Origin: Erysipelotrichales bacterium
Lineage (GTDB): Bacteria > Bacillota_I > Bacilli_A > RF39 > UBA660
Direction of reading: 5' to 3'
NCBI GenBank assembly: GCA_022508565.1
Contig: JAFLUY010000003.1
Location: 69,599 to 133,598, forward strand
Length of the DNA: 64,000 nt
Shown piece after piece: positions 39,777 to 50,729 of this stretch. The notes below the pieces were generated by a model, which was not told the DNA's origin, made no database searches, and saw nothing but the letters and a program-made list of their open reading frames with translations. Position 1 is the first letter of the stretch; the number at the start of each line of letters is the position of its first letter. The translations under genes were made by a program, and so were the position numbers.

Positions 39777-40388
39777 ATGAAAATAGAAGTATTTGAAGGA
39801 AAAGAAGAAAAAGAGGTTTTAGCTGAGGCATTAACTAAATTAAATAAAAGTGAAGATGAAGTTATGTACTATGTAACAAAATCTAAAGCTGGTCTTTTAA
39901 AAAAAGAAGTAGTTTCAGTTCATATTGCTACCTATGAAGATATAATAAGTTTTATTAAAGAATATTTAGCATCTTTAACAAAAGATATGGGACTTGAAGT
40001 TTCTTTTGAATCAATGATTAGAGAAAAACAAATAACTATAAAAATGTATTCAGACAATAATAACATTTTAATTGGAAGAAATGGACAAACTCTTCAAGCA
40101 TTAACAACTGTAGTTAAACAAGTAGTATATAATAATATTAATAATTATCCTTATTTAATATTAGATGTTGAAAACTATAAGGAAAAGAAAATTAAATATT
40201 TAGAAAGATTAGCTAAGAATATTGCTAGAGAAGTAGCACAAACAAAAAATCCTGTTGAATTAGAAAATATGAATTCTTATGAAAGAAGAGTAATTCATAA
40301 TATATTAACAGATAATACAAAAGTTTATACTGAAAGTGTTGGAGAAGAACCAAATAGACACGTAGTAATAAAACCAAAAGAGGATTAA
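39777..40388 (+). CDS. khpB: Jag/KhpB (KH plus R3H RNA-binding protein)
   Basis: Position after yidC, KH-like and R3H-like segments. Confidence 0.7.
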   Translation: MKIEVFEGKEEKEVLAEALTKLNKSEDEVMYYVTKSKAGLLKKEVVSVHIATYEDIISFIKEYLASLTKDMGLEVSFESMIREKQITIKMYSDNNNILIGRNGQTLQALTTVVKQVVYNNINNYPYLILDVENYKEKKIKYLERLAKNIAREVAQTKNPVELENMNSYERRVIHNILTDNTKVYTESVGEEPNRHVVIKPKED

Positions 40389-40440
40389 ACCTCTTTTTTT
40401 ATTGAAAAATGTGATATAATACGACAAACGGAGGGGTAAT

Positions 40441-41793
40441 ATGACTGATAATATATGTGCAATATCAACCGCATTAGGAGCAGGGGCAATCTCTATTGTT
40501 AGATGTTCTGGTCAAGATGTGGTTGAAATAGTAAATAAATTATTTAAAGGTAATGACTTAACTAAAGTTCAATCTCATACTATTAATTATGGTTTTATTG
40601 TAGATAAAGAAGAAGTAATTGATGAAGTATTAGTATCAGTTATGTTAGAACCTAATACTTTTACTTGTGAAAATATTGTTGAAATAAATTGTCATGGTGG
40701 AATAGCAACAACTAATAAAGTTTTGGAATTATTACTAACTAATGGCTGTCGTTTAGCAGAACCAGGGGAATTTACTAAAAGAGCATTTTTAAATGGTCGT
40801 ATTGATCTAGTGGAAGCAGAAGGAGTAAATGATTTAATTTTTGCCGAAACTGAAGAATCAAGAAAATTTGCCATCAATAGGGTAGAAGGCAACTTATCTA
40901 ATCTAATCAAGAAATTAAGGGAATCTTTAGTATCTATGCGTGCAGAATTTGAAGTTAACTTTGATTATCCCGAAGAAAGCGATGCTCCAGAAGTAACACA
41001 TAAAATGGTTATTGAAGAATTAACTAAGATTAAAACAAAACTTGAAGATTTACTTAATACTAGTAAAGATGGTGAAATAATAAAAAATGGTATTAATATA
41101 GCTATTATTGGACGACCAAATGTTGGGAAAAGTAGTATATTAAATCATTTACTAGATCAAGAAAAAGCAATTGTAACTAACATAGCAGGAACAACAAGAG
41201 ATATAGTTGAAGGAACTATCACACTTGATGGTATTAAAGTTAATTTAATTGATACAGCAGGAATAAGAGATACTGAAGACATTGTTGAAAAAATAGGTGT
41301 AGATAAAAGTATTAATTTCTTCAATAAAGCTGATTTAGTAATATATGTTTTAAATAATAATGAAGAAATATATGAAAAAGAATTAAGTTTAATTAATGAT
41401 AATTCTGTTGAAAAAATTATCTTTATTAACAAAAATGATTTAGAATCTAATATAGATATTACAAAGCTTCAGAATCAAAATATAATTTACGGCAATACAG
41501 TTACCGAAAAAGGTTTAGATAATTTAAAAGAAGAAATAAAAAGATTATTTAATTTTGATAAATTAAAGAGTAATAATTATAATTTGCTTGCAAATGCAAG
41601 ACAAACAGCATTAGTAAAAAAAGCAATTAACGCTATTAATAATGCAGTGGAAAGTACAAAAAATGAAGTACCTTTAGAGATGATTGCTGTTGATATAGAT
41701 GATGCTTTCAACTCGTTAGGCGAAATTATAGGTGAAACTTACAAAGATGAATTACTAGATGAATTATTTTCAAAATTTTGTTTAGGGAAGTGA
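40441..41793 (+). CDS. mnmE: tRNA modification GTPase MnmE
   Basis: G-domain GRPNVGKSS, DTAG, NKND, C-terminal CLGK. Confidence 0.9.
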   Translation: MTDNICAISTALGAGAISIVRCSGQDVVEIVNKLFKGNDLTKVQSHTINYGFIVDKEEVIDEVLVSVMLEPNTFTCENIVEINCHGGIATTNKVLELLLTNGCRLAEPGEFTKRAFLNGRIDLVEAEGVNDLIFAETEESRKFAINRVEGNLSNLIKKLRESLVSMRAEFEVNFDYPEESDAPEVTHKMVIEELTKIKTKLEDLLNTSKDGEIIKNGINIAIIGRPNVGKSSILNHLLDQEKAIVTNIAGTTRDIVEGTITLDGIKVNLIDTAGIRDTEDIVEKIGVDKSINFFNKADLVIYVLNNNEEIYEKELSLINDNSVEKIIFINKNDLESNIDITKLQNQNIIYGNTVTEKGLDNLKEEIKRLFNFDKLKSNNYNLLANARQTALVKKAINAINNAVESTKNEVPLEMIAVDIDDAFNSLGEIIGETYKDELLDELFSKFCLGK

Positions 41794-41797
41794 TATT

Positions 41798-42361
41798 ATG
41801 TTAGAAAATATTAGTAAAGTACATTATAAAATACTAGAATTCTTACCATTTGTAGATTATATAAAATCATTAGATAACTTTAAATGTACACTAATTTCTG
41901 ATGAAGAAAAATATGATTGGAGAACTATAGAATATCAAATTGAAAATGAGTTTATAAAAATTTTAATATTAAAAGATAAAGAAAAAGAATGGGTTGGTGT
42001 TTATAGATCTAATAGCCAAAAAGTATGTTATGAACAAATAGATTTTTTAATATATACTGAAGAGAATAGAAAATATAATGGTCTAGAATACAATAATGTT
42101 ATTAGGTATTCTGCTCATTTTGATGATGAAAAATATTCAAAATTAGTAACTTCAGCATTCACATATTTAGACAATGAATATTTAACAGGATGGAGACAAA
42201 AAAGAAAAATAGCAATAGAAGATTTATCTAAGATTATAACAGATGAAATGAATTTATCTGAATTAATAATGAGAGCAGAACAAAAATTATTAGATTTCTA
42301 TGAAGCAATTAATTTAGAAGAAGGAGAAGTACATAAATTAGTACTAGGATATGACGAATAA
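41798..42361 (+). CDS. hypothetical protein inserted between mnmE and mnmG
   Basis: 187-aa ORF, 4 nt after mnmE with AGGGAAG RBS, 17 nt before mnmG. No recognisable motif. Confidence 0.55.
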   Translation: MLENISKVHYKILEFLPFVDYIKSLDNFKCTLISDEEKYDWRTIEYQIENEFIKILILKDKEKEWVGVYRSNSQKVCYEQIDFLIYTEENRKYNGLEYNNVIRYSAHFDDEKYSKLVTSAFTYLDNEYLTGWRQKRKIAIEDLSKIITDEMNLSELIMRAEQKLLDFYEAINLEEGEVHKLVLGYDE

Positions 42362-42378
42362 ACAAAGGAAGTGATTAT

Positions 42379-44244
42379 ATGAATTATGACGTTATAGTTG
42401 TTGGAGGCGGGCATGCTGGATGCGAAGCTGCTCATGCATCAGCAATGCAAGGAGTAAAAACAGCGTTAATAACTTCAAATATAAAGAATATAGCAGATAT
42501 GCCATGTAATCCTTCTATTGGAGGAACAGCAAAAGGTATTGTTGTAAGAGAAATTGACGCTTTAGGCGGCCTTATGGGACGTGTAGCAGATATATCTCAT
42601 TTACAAATAAAAATGCTTAATTCCGGAAAAGGACCAGCAGTAAAAAGTTTAAGAGCTCAAGGCGATAAAATAATTTATCCGCAAAATATGGTTAAAGAAT
42701 TAAAGAGTCTTGAAAATCTAACAATTATCGAAGCAATGGTTGAAGATTTAATAGTAGAAAATAATGAAATAAAAGGCATTATAACACAAGATAATATTTC
42801 TTATTTTTGTGATTCATTAATTTTAACAACTGGAACTTATTTAAAATCAAAAATTCTTGTAGGTTCAACAAATAAAGAAGAAGGTCCTCATGGAGAAACT
42901 TCATCAAAACATTTAAGTGATAAATTAAAAAATCTTGGATTCGAAATTCAAAGACTAAAAACAGGAACACCGCCTAGACTTAATCCGGAGACAGTTGATT
43001 TTTCTAAATTAAAAGAAGAATGTGGTGATCAAACTCCTTGGACATTTTCTTTTGATTTAGAACCTCAATATGATGTAGAAAACCAAGAAAAATGTTATTT
43101 AGTTTATACAAATGAAAATACTCATCAGATTATCAAAGATAATTTAACTAAATCAGCTATGTACGGAGGATATGCAGAAGGAATAGGACCACGATACTGT
43201 CCTTCAATTGAAGATAAAATAGTTAGATTTGCTGATAAAGAAAGACATCAATTATTCTTAGAGCCAGAAAGCAAATTTTATCCAGACCTATACTTACAAG
43301 GTTTTTCAACTTCAATGCCAGAAGATGTTCAAGAAAAGATGGTTCACTCTTTAGTTGGTTTAGAAAATGCGGAAATATTAAAATATGCATATGCTATTGA
43401 ATATGATGCTATAAACCCACTACAAATGTATCCATCGTTAGAATCGAAAATTATAAAGAACCTTTATACAGCTGGACAAATAAACGGAACAAGTGGATAT
43501 GAAGAAGCAGCAGGGCAAGGATTAATTGCCGGAATAAATGCAGGCTTAAAGATAAAAGGGAAAGAGCCTCTAATATTAAAAAGAAACGAATCATATATTG
43601 GAGTTTTAATTGATGATTTAGTAACAAAAGGAACAGAAGAACCTTATAGATTATTAACATCACGTGCAGAATATAGACTTATTCTTCGACATGATAACGC
43701 AGATTTGCGTTTAAGAAAATATGGTTATGAAGTAGGTTTAATCACAGAAGAACAATATAATAGATTATTAAATAAAGAAAAAAACATTGATAACTTAACC
43801 AATGATTTAAAAAATACAAAGGTGCATCCAAAAGAAATAAATAATCAAATTAAAGAAGCTTTAAATATAGATGAATTACAGTCAGGGATGTCTTTATATG
43901 ACTTATTAAAAAGACCTGAAATAAAGATGGAATATCTTAAAGATTACATTGAAAATATATATCCAAATGATATTTTTGAAATCGTGGAAATCGCTATCAA
44001 GTATGAAGGATATATTGCAAAAACAAATCGTGAAGTAGAAAAAATGTTAAAACTAGAGAGTAAAAAAATACCTAAAGATATCGATTATAATAAAATAAGA
44101 AATTTAGCTAGCGAAGCAAAACAAAAATTAGATAAAATTAGACCAGAGACAGTTGCACAAGCCACAAGAATTAGTGGTGTTAACCCATCAGATATCGCGA
44201 TACTTACAGTTTATCTAAAAAAAGAATATAGTAAGGATGAATAA
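42379..44244 (+). CDS. mnmG: tRNA uridine 5-carboxymethylaminomethyl modification enzyme MnmG
   Basis: FAD-binding VIVVGGGHAGCEAA, 621 aa. Confidence 0.9.
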   Translation: MNYDVIVVGGGHAGCEAAHASAMQGVKTALITSNIKNIADMPCNPSIGGTAKGIVVREIDALGGLMGRVADISHLQIKMLNSGKGPAVKSLRAQGDKIIYPQNMVKELKSLENLTIIEAMVEDLIVENNEIKGIITQDNISYFCDSLILTTGTYLKSKILVGSTNKEEGPHGETSSKHLSDKLKNLGFEIQRLKTGTPPRLNPETVDFSKLKEECGDQTPWTFSFDLEPQYDVENQEKCYLVYTNENTHQIIKDNLTKSAMYGGYAEGIGPRYCPSIEDKIVRFADKERHQLFLEPESKFYPDLYLQGFSTSMPEDVQEKMVHSLVGLENAEILKYAYAIEYDAINPLQMYPSLESKIIKNLYTAGQINGTSGYEEAAGQGLIAGINAGLKIKGKEPLILKRNESYIGVLIDDLVTKGTEEPYRLLTSRAEYRLILRHDNADLRLRKYGYEVGLITEEQYNRLLNKEKNIDNLTNDLKNTKVHPKEINNQIKEALNIDELQSGMSLYDLLKRPEIKMEYLKDYIENIYPNDIFEIVEIAIKYEGYIAKTNREVEKMLKLESKKIPKDIDYNKIRNLASEAKQKLDKIRPETVAQATRISGVNPSDIAILTVYLKKEYSKDE

Positions 44245-44963
44245 TGATGAATATAGATGAATTTATTAAATCAGTATCTTCTTTAGGAATTAATCTAACA
44301 GAAGAAATGCTAAATAGATTGAGTATTTATGCAGAATTTTTAATAGAATACAATGAACACACAAATTTAACAGCAATTAAAGATAAAGATAGTATTTATT
44401 TAAAACATTTTTATGATTCACTAACTTTAGTTAAATCTATAAATTTAGATAATTATGAGTCTTTAGTAGATGTTGGAACTGGGGCGGGCTTTCCAGGCGT
44501 TGTATTAAAAATTGTTTATCCGCATCTAAATGTAACATTAATAGATTCAAATAATAAAAAGATAGAATTTTTGAAACAATTAATAAAAAAGCTAGGTTTA
44601 GAGCATATTAATGCATTAAATGTTAGAAGTGAAGAGTACGCTTTAAATAATCTAGATAAATTTGATATTGTCACAGCTCGAGCAGTAACAACTTTACCTG
44701 CATTAATTGAATTATGTCTTCCTTTAGTTAAAGTAAATGGCTACTTTATTCCATTAAAAGGAAATATAAAAGAAGAATTAAAAATTTCTACAGATATACT
44801 AAAAGTATTAAATGGTAGAGTAGAAGAAGTAATTGAATTTAATTTACCAAAAGAAGAATCAATAAGATCTTTAGCAAAAATAATAAAAATTGAAGAAACC
44901 CCAAGTGGTTATCCTAGAAGTTATGATAAAATTAAAAAGTCATTGAAAAAATATATAAAATAA
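44244..44963 (+). CDS. rsmG: 16S rRNA m7G527 methyltransferase RsmG
   Basis: DVGTGAGFPG SAM motif, position after mnmG. Confidence 0.85.
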   Translation: MMNIDEFIKSVSSLGINLTEEMLNRLSIYAEFLIEYNEHTNLTAIKDKDSIYLKHFYDSLTLVKSINLDNYESLVDVGTGAGFPGVVLKIVYPHLNVTLIDSNNKKIEFLKQLIKKLGLEHINALNVRSEEYALNNLDKFDIVTARAVTTLPALIELCLPLVKVNGYFIPLKGNIKEELKISTDILKVLNGRVEEVIEFNLPKEESIRSLAKIIKIEETPSGYPRSYDKIKKSLKKYIK

Positions 44964-45007
44964 AGTAATATTAGTATAGAAAAGTAGAATAAAAGGGGAA
45001 ATGTTTC

Positions 45008-46150
45008 ATGAAAATGGAATCGCAAATTCAATTAATTAATCTTGATAATATTATACCTAATAGATTTCAACCTAGACTTCAATTTGATGAAGCATCATTA
45101 AATGAATTAGCTAATTCTATAAGAGAACATGGCATTATTCAACCTTTAGTTTTAAGAAGAGTTGCAAACAAATTTGAAATAATAGCAGGAGAAAGAAGAT
45201 ATAAAGCTGCAACAATTGCTGGTCTTACAAGTGTTCCTGCAATAATTGCTGATTTAGATGATAATGAATCAGCAGAAGTAGCAATTATAGAAAATACTCA
45301 TAGGAGATCTTTATCACCAATCGAAGAAGCGAAATCCTATAAAAAATTATTAGATAGAAGATATGTTACTCAAGAACAACTTGCAAAAAGACTTGGAACA
45401 AGTCAATCAAATGTTGCTAATAAGATTAGATTATTAACACTTGATGAATCTGTTCAAGATGCTCTTTTAAAAGATAAAATAAGTGAAAGACATGCAAGAA
45501 GTTTACTTAGAGTAACAGATAAATATAAACAAGTAGATTTATTAAATAAGACTATTAATGAAAGATGGCCAGTAAGACTACTTGATGAAGAAATTGATAA
45601 AGTGTTAGGAACCTATCAAAAAGGAGCTACTACCACAGGAGCAATAAATGCAAATAGTAGAATAGATATAGATGTTGATAATGTAATGAATAATTCAATT
45701 GATATTTTATCTGAAAATGATGGAGAACCAGTAAATTATCAATATACAGCACGCGATACTGAACCAACAAAGAAAAGAGATTCATTATTCTTTAATAATC
45801 TAGAAAACGAATCAGTGAATATGGATCCAACTTTAAATTTTGGTTTTAATCCATTTAAAAACAGCGTAACAACTGATAATGCTGTAGATAGAGACATTGA
45901 AAAAGATTATGACCTACTAGAGTTAGAAGAAGATGAATACGACGAAGAAAAAGACATTGTAGAAGAAACTGCTCCAGTTGAGGCTCAACAAGTAATTGTT
46001 GAAGAAGAATATAAAACCAAAGATGATGTAATATTAGGAATAAAAAAAGTAATTGCTAATGCCAAGAAAAATGAAGTTGGAGTAGATATAGAAGAATTTA
46101 ATTTTGATAACTTCTACCAATTTATTATTAGAATAAATGATGACAAATAA
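45008..46150 (+). CDS. noc: ParB-family protein, Noc-like by HTH and C-terminus, with long acidic linker
   Basis: IPNRFQPR, GERRYKAA box, HTH GTSQSNVANKIRLL (Noc-type Q/K, not Spo0J R/H), KISERHARSL, C-terminus EEFNFDNFYQFIIRI like Noc EEFEEYIQLTIRI. Sits right after rsmG as noc does in Bacillus. No parA/spo0J follows. Confidence 0.7.
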   Translation: MKMESQIQLINLDNIIPNRFQPRLQFDEASLNELANSIREHGIIQPLVLRRVANKFEIIAGERRYKAATIAGLTSVPAIIADLDDNESAEVAIIENTHRRSLSPIEEAKSYKKLLDRRYVTQEQLAKRLGTSQSNVANKIRLLTLDESVQDALLKDKISERHARSLLRVTDKYKQVDLLNKTINERWPVRLLDEEIDKVLGTYQKGATTTGAINANSRIDIDVDNVMNNSIDILSENDGEPVNYQYTARDTEPTKKRDSLFFNNLENESVNMDPTLNFGFNPFKNSVTTDNAVDRDIEKDYDLLELEEDEYDEEKDIVEETAPVEAQQVIVEEEYKTKDDVILGIKKVIANAKKNEVGVDIEEFNFDNFYQFIIRINDDK

Positions 46151-46151
46151 A

Positions 46152-46175
46152 AAACTAGTTTTAAACTAGTTTTCT
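46152..46175. terminator. bidirectional terminator (palindrome AAAACTAGTTT|AAACTAGTTTT)
   Basis: Perfect palindrome between convergent genes. Confidence 0.5.
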
Positions 46176-46711
46176 TTATTTTCTGCTTCGTTATTAACAT
46201 TAGGTGTATTTGTTTGATTATTCTTATTTAGATATTTTTCAAAAATACTATCTTTAGAAACAACAACAGTATTGTCAAATTCAGTTTTCTTATCGAATCC
46301 AGCAATAGCAGTTACTATGCTTCCAAAAATAACCCCACAAACTACCCATCCAGTATCTTTGTGTAGCTTTTTACTTAAATTAATAAATAAAGCAACATTT
46401 CCAATAATCATTGCTAAATAAGCAACCCAAGTAAAATATCCCAAGAATGGAATAATTCCACTTACTATTGCGAAAATGCTTTGAGCAATAATTAATAGGA
46501 ACCAATACCAGTTAAGTCCAGCAATTTCAACTAATACCCAAGTATTGTAAAATGGGATAATAGCCTTCCATCCCTCAACTCCAGCTTTAGTATAAAACTT
46601 GTAATTTCCGATTAAACAAACAACTGCAACTGCAATAACAATTAATACAAGAATTACTAAGAAAATACCTAGCCCAACAAGTAGTCCAGTTAAACTTTCA
46701 TTCACTGTCAT
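46166..46711 (-). CDS. hypothetical integral membrane protein (4 TM) with N/E-rich tail
   Basis: Hydrophobicity pattern only. Confidence 0.45.
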   Translation of the reverse strand: MTVNESLTGLLVGLGIFLVILVLIVIAVAVVCLIGNYKFYTKAGVEGWKAIIPFYNTWVLVEIAGLNWYWFLLIIAQSIFAIVSGIIPFLGYFTWVAYLAMIIGNVALFINLSKKLHKDTGWVVCGVIFGSIVTAIAGFDKKTEFDNTVVVSKDSIFEKYLNKNNQTNTPNVNNEAENKEN

Positions 46712-46773
46712 ATAATCTATACTTCCTTTCTTGACTTTATTATACCAAAAAAAGAAAATAAATCCATAAAAAA

Positions 46774-48699
46774 CTAACTAATGTATGCAAGTTCTGTACC
46801 ACTTAAAAAGTAAAATAGAGATTTTGATTTACTATCATATTTTCCAGAAATTGGTTCCATTGGAACAGCAACCACATTTTCTGGTTTTTGATACCAAACA
46901 TCTTCTAAAGTTTCTTCATAACTTTCCATTGTATCTAACCATATATTTTTTATAATACTTGAATATGTTTTTGGTGTATCTTTATTTAAATCATTACCAG
47001 CCCAAACAATTGCTAGAGCTTCTTTATTATAACCAACTATCCAATAATCATTATCAGTAGTACCACTTTTCAAAGCATATTTATGACTTAATTTTCCGTT
47101 TAAATATAAGACAGTTGGAGAATAATAATCCACAAAATTATAATTATATGTATTGGTCATCATTTCATTAAGAATATAGGTAATTGATTCATCTAATACT
47201 TGTTTATCTTCAACCTTTTTTTCATATAATAAATTACCATTCATATCTTCAACTCTTCTAATAAAGAATAAATCGTGACTGATTCCACCAGAAGCGAGAG
47301 TCGTATAAGCCTCTGCATAATCCAACATATTTATCTCTTTAGCGCCTAATGCTAATGAAGGAATAGCTAGTAAGTCTTCATTCAATCCGCATGTTTTTAA
47401 TGTATCAACTAACGCATTTTCACCTAAGAAAAGATGCGTTTTAACAGCATAGATATTATCGGAGTAAGCAAGTGCTGCTGCCATAGTAATCTCTTTGTTA
47501 CCATATGTATCTCCATAATTAGTAGGGGAATAAGTTTTATTTTCTCCAAATACAAAGGAAGTCTTTTCAGATTTAAAAGTAGAAGCCGTAGTCATTCCGT
47601 TATTAAGAGCAGCATAATATAAAAAAGGTTTAATTGTCGATCCAACTTGTCTTTTTGCTTGGGTAACGCGATTATACTGACTAATAGCGTAGTTTTTACC
47701 CCCTGCTAGCGCAATAACACCACCAGTATTAGGATTAACAACAATACTAGCTATTTGGTTATCGTCTTCTATTACATTATTATTTATACTTTCTTCCATT
47801 ACTGTCTGAGTATCTATATCCAAGTTTGTAAATATTCTCAATCCACCATCATCAAGTAAGCTTTTTGGTATGCTTTTTATACTTTTTAATTCTGATATTA
47901 CTGCATCTTGATAATACATTAAAGTATCTAAATTATTAGTTTGGTGCTTTCCATATAACTCTAAATTTTCAAAATCGAGTGAGTTATATTCACTACTTGT
48001 AATAATATTTCCATCTTTTAAAGCAGTAGAAACCACATAGGCTCTTTTAAATGCAGCATCTTTATTACTAATTGGGTTGTAATTATTTGGGCTTTTAGGA
48101 ATTCCTGCCAATATAATAGCTTCTTCCATAGTTATATTAGATATGTCTTTATTAAAATAATACTGAGCTGCATCCTTAACACCATATATTCCTTGTCCAA
48201 AATATATTGTATTTAAATAGCCTTCTAATATTTCATCTTTTTGATAATGAGTTTCTAACCTTATAGTCAAGAAAGCTTCTTCAATTTTTCTTTCCCATGT
48301 TTGATCAAATTCCAAGAATAGATTTTTTACATATTGTTGAGAAATAGATGAAGCCCCACCAACAATTTTTCTAGCTTTTATATTTAAATAAAGACTTTTA
48401 ATAATTCTTAGAATATCAAAACCTTTATGTTGATAAAAATGTTGGTCTTCTATATTTATAATGTATTTAACAAGTTTTTCATCAATGTTATCAAGGGATA
48501 CCCACTCTGAATTATTTGATCCTTGATAAATAACATTGTCTTTATTGTCATAAATGTAATATGAATTAGCTAAATTTAATGAAATTGGCTCAGTGAAATA
48601 TGCAAAAACATATACTCCTATTATAGATATAACTCCTAAAACGAAGAGGAATATTCCAAATTTAAATAGCCATTTTAAATATTTCATTAAATCACCCAT
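46774..48699 (-). CDS. class A penicillin-binding protein (GT51 transglycosylase plus transpeptidase)
   Basis: EDQHFYQHKGFD, GGSSISQQ, STIKP, SDN, KSGTT motifs. N-terminal TM anchor. Confidence 0.8.
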   Translation of the reverse strand: MGDLMKYLKWLFKFGIFLFVLGVISIIGVYVFAYFTEPISLNLANSYYIYDNKDNVIYQGSNNSEWVSLDNIDEKLVKYIINIEDQHFYQHKGFDILRIIKSLYLNIKARKIVGGASSISQQYVKNLFLEFDQTWERKIEEAFLTIRLETHYQKDEILEGYLNTIYFGQGIYGVKDAAQYYFNKDISNITMEEAIILAGIPKSPNNYNPISNKDAAFKRAYVVSTALKDGNIITSSEYNSLDFENLELYGKHQTNNLDTLMYYQDAVISELKSIKSIPKSLLDDGGLRIFTNLDIDTQTVMEESINNNVIEDDNQIASIVVNPNTGGVIALAGGKNYAISQYNRVTQAKRQVGSTIKPFLYYAALNNGMTTASTFKSEKTSFVFGENKTYSPTNYGDTYGNKEITMAAALAYSDNIYAVKTHLFLGENALVDTLKTCGLNEDLLAIPSLALGAKEINMLDYAEAYTTLASGGISHDLFFIRRVEDMNGNLLYEKKVEDKQVLDESITYILNEMMTNTYNYNFVDYYSPTVLYLNGKLSHKYALKSGTTDNDYWIVGYNKEALAIVWAGNDLNKDTPKTYSSIIKNIWLDTMESYEETLEDVWYQKPENVVAVPMEPISGKYDSKSKSLFYFLSGTELAYIS

Positions 48700-48753
48700 T
48701 TATATAATGAGACAAAATAAAAAAAATATGATAAAATACACCCAGGTGAAAAC

Positions 48754-49092
48754 ATGAATAAACTAACTTTTAAATTACTAAGCAATAATAAAGAAATAAT
48801 TAATGAACAAATTAACTATCTAAAACAAGAGAATATTATTAAATTTAAGATTAACGATGACAATTACGAATATGATGAAAAAAATATTATTTTAGTTAAA
48901 AGAGATTCAGAAAAAGAACTTACAATAAATTTTAAAGAAAAAGTAATAATTATTAATTTATTAAGTAATAATATAAAAATAGATTATCCAATGGATAAAA
49001 GTGATGCAAACATAAATAACAATATAGTTATTTTAAATTATACTTTAGAAAGTGATAAAACTGTTGAAAATACGATAATAATAGAATTTTAA
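48754..49092 (+). CDS. hypothetical protein (112 aa)
   Basis: ORF with TGATAAAAT extended -10 upstream. Confidence 0.4.
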   Translation: MNKLTFKLLSNNKEIINEQINYLKQENIIKFKINDDNYEYDEKNIILVKRDSEKELTINFKEKVIIINLLSNNIKIDYPMDKSDANINNNIVILNYTLESDKTVENTIIIEF

Positions 49093-49203
49093 TATTTATA
49101 TTGACATAAGAAGATTATATGATAAAATTATTATTGTTTTAAGTATCAATGACATTTTTAAATACACTTACATATAATGTTTTTGTGATAAGGAGGAAAT
49201 TAT

Positions 49204-49644
49204 ATGAAATCAATAAAATTATCGGCTGAAGAATTAGAACAAATGTCATACGCAGATGTTGCTAATTTAGTTTTGAAAGAAAAAGGTAAAAAAATGCCAA
49301 TCCAAGACTTATTTAAACAAGTAATTAAAATAATGGGTTTACCAGAAAGTTACTTTGAAAATAAAATAGGTGATTTCTTTGGATTATTATCAACTGATCA
49401 AAGATTTATAATGTTAGAAAAAGGATTTTGGGATTTAAAATCAAATCATTCTACTAAAGTTGTTATTGAAGATGAAGAAGAAGACGAAGAAATTGTAGTT
49501 GAAGATGATGATACTGATTTAGAAGAAGAACAAGAAGAGGAAGAGATCAACTATGATGATGACACTGTAGATGATGATGACGATGAAGACGATTTAAAAG
49601 ATTTAGTAATAATGGATGAAAACGACGAACAAGAAATGATGTAA
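49204..49644 (+). CDS. rpoE: RNA polymerase delta subunit
   Basis: N-terminal HARE-HTH-like domain ([19 protein letters not shown]...) followed by poly-D/E tail. Two upstream sigma-A-like promoters. Confidence 0.7.
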   Translation: MKSIKLSAEELEQMSYADVANLVLKEKGKKMPIQDLFKQVIKIMGLPESYFENKIGDFFGLLSTDQRFIMLEKGFWDLKSNHSTKVVIEDEEEDEEIVVEDDDTDLEEEQEEEEINYDDDTVDDDDDEDDLKDLVIMDENDEQEMM

Positions 49645-49673
49645 GTGACTTCTTAAAAATAGGAGAAATTAAA

Positions 49674-50729
49674 ATGATAGAAAGATTAGAAATAATTTAT
49701 AATAGATATAAAGAGTTAGAAAATGAACTTGTTAATCCAGAAATACTAAATGATTATGCTAAGATGACTAAACTTTCAAAAGAAAAAGCTTCTTTAGAAA
49801 GTACTGTTGAAAAATATCATGAATACAAGAAGATAACATCAGAAATTGAAGAGTTAAAATCTTTAGTTAATGACCCTGATATGGGCGAAATGGCATCTTT
49901 AGAATTAGAAGAAAAACAAGCAAGACTTCCGGAATTAACACATGAGTTAGAAATTCTTTTAATACCAAAAGATGAAAATGATGGAAAAGATATTATTATG
50001 GAAATTCGTGGCGCTGCCGGGGGAGATGAAGCAAATATTTTTGCTGGTGACCTTTATAGAATGTATACGCGATATGCTGAAAAACAAGGATGGAAAACTG
50101 AAGTTATAAACGAAGTTGAAGGTACAGCTGGAGGATTTTCACAAGTAGAATTTTCCATAAAAGGCGACAATGTTTATTCAAAATTAAAATTTGAGAGCGG
50201 ATCGCATCGTGTTCAAAGAGTTCCAGAAACTGAATCTCAAGGAAGAATTCAAACTTCTACAGCAACCGTTGCTGTAATGCCAGAAGCAGAAGATATTGAC
50301 TTTGAACTTGATATGAATGAAATTAGGATAGATATTACACGTTCTTCCGGATGTGGAGGTCAAGGCGTTAATACAACAGACTCTGCTGTTAGATTAACAC
50401 ATATTCCTACTGGTATAATTGTTTATAGTCAAACAGAACGTTCACAAATAAAAAATAAGGAAATAGCATTAAAGATAATGAAAACAAGATTGTATGATCT
50501 TAAATTGAGAGAAAAAGAGGCCGCAGAAGGTGCTGAAAGAAGAAATAAAATTGGTACCGGAGATAGAGCTGAAAAAATAAGAACATATAATTACCCACAA
50601 AACAGGGTTACTGACCATCGTATAGGTTTCAGTGTTATGAACCTAGACAAGGTAATGGATGGAGACCTAGATGCAATCATAGAGGCTTTAATTACTGAAG
50701 ATCAAAGGATTAAACTTGAAAACAGCTAA
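49674..50729 (+). CDS. prfA: peptide chain release factor 1
   Basis: GGQ motif ([17 protein letters not shown]) and RF1-type [20 protein letters not shown]. Confidence 0.9.
   Translation: MIERLEIIYNRYKELENELVNPEILNDYAKMTKLSKEKASLESTVEKYHEYKKITSEIEELKSLVNDPDMGEMASLELEEKQARLPELTHELEILLIPKDENDGKDIIMEIRGAAGGDEANIFAGDLYRMYTRYAEKQGWKTEVINEVEGTAGGFSQVEFSIKGDNVYSKLKFESGSHRVQRVPETESQGRIQTSTATVAVMPEAEDIDFELDMNEIRIDITRSSGCGGQGVNTTDSAVRLTHIPTGIIVYSQTERSQIKNKEIALKIMKTRLYDLKLREKEAAEGAERRNKIGTGDRAEKIRTYNYPQNRVTDHRIGFSVMNLDKVMDGDLDAIIEALITEDQRIKLENS

Noticed and set aside
40692-43663. Antisense ORFs inside mnmE and mnmG (40692-40910, 41157-41432, 42779-42970, 43451-43663)
   Set aside because: Embedded in conserved genes on the opposite strand.
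47434-47622. 62-aa + strand ORF inside the PBP gene
   Set aside because: Antisense, no RBS.
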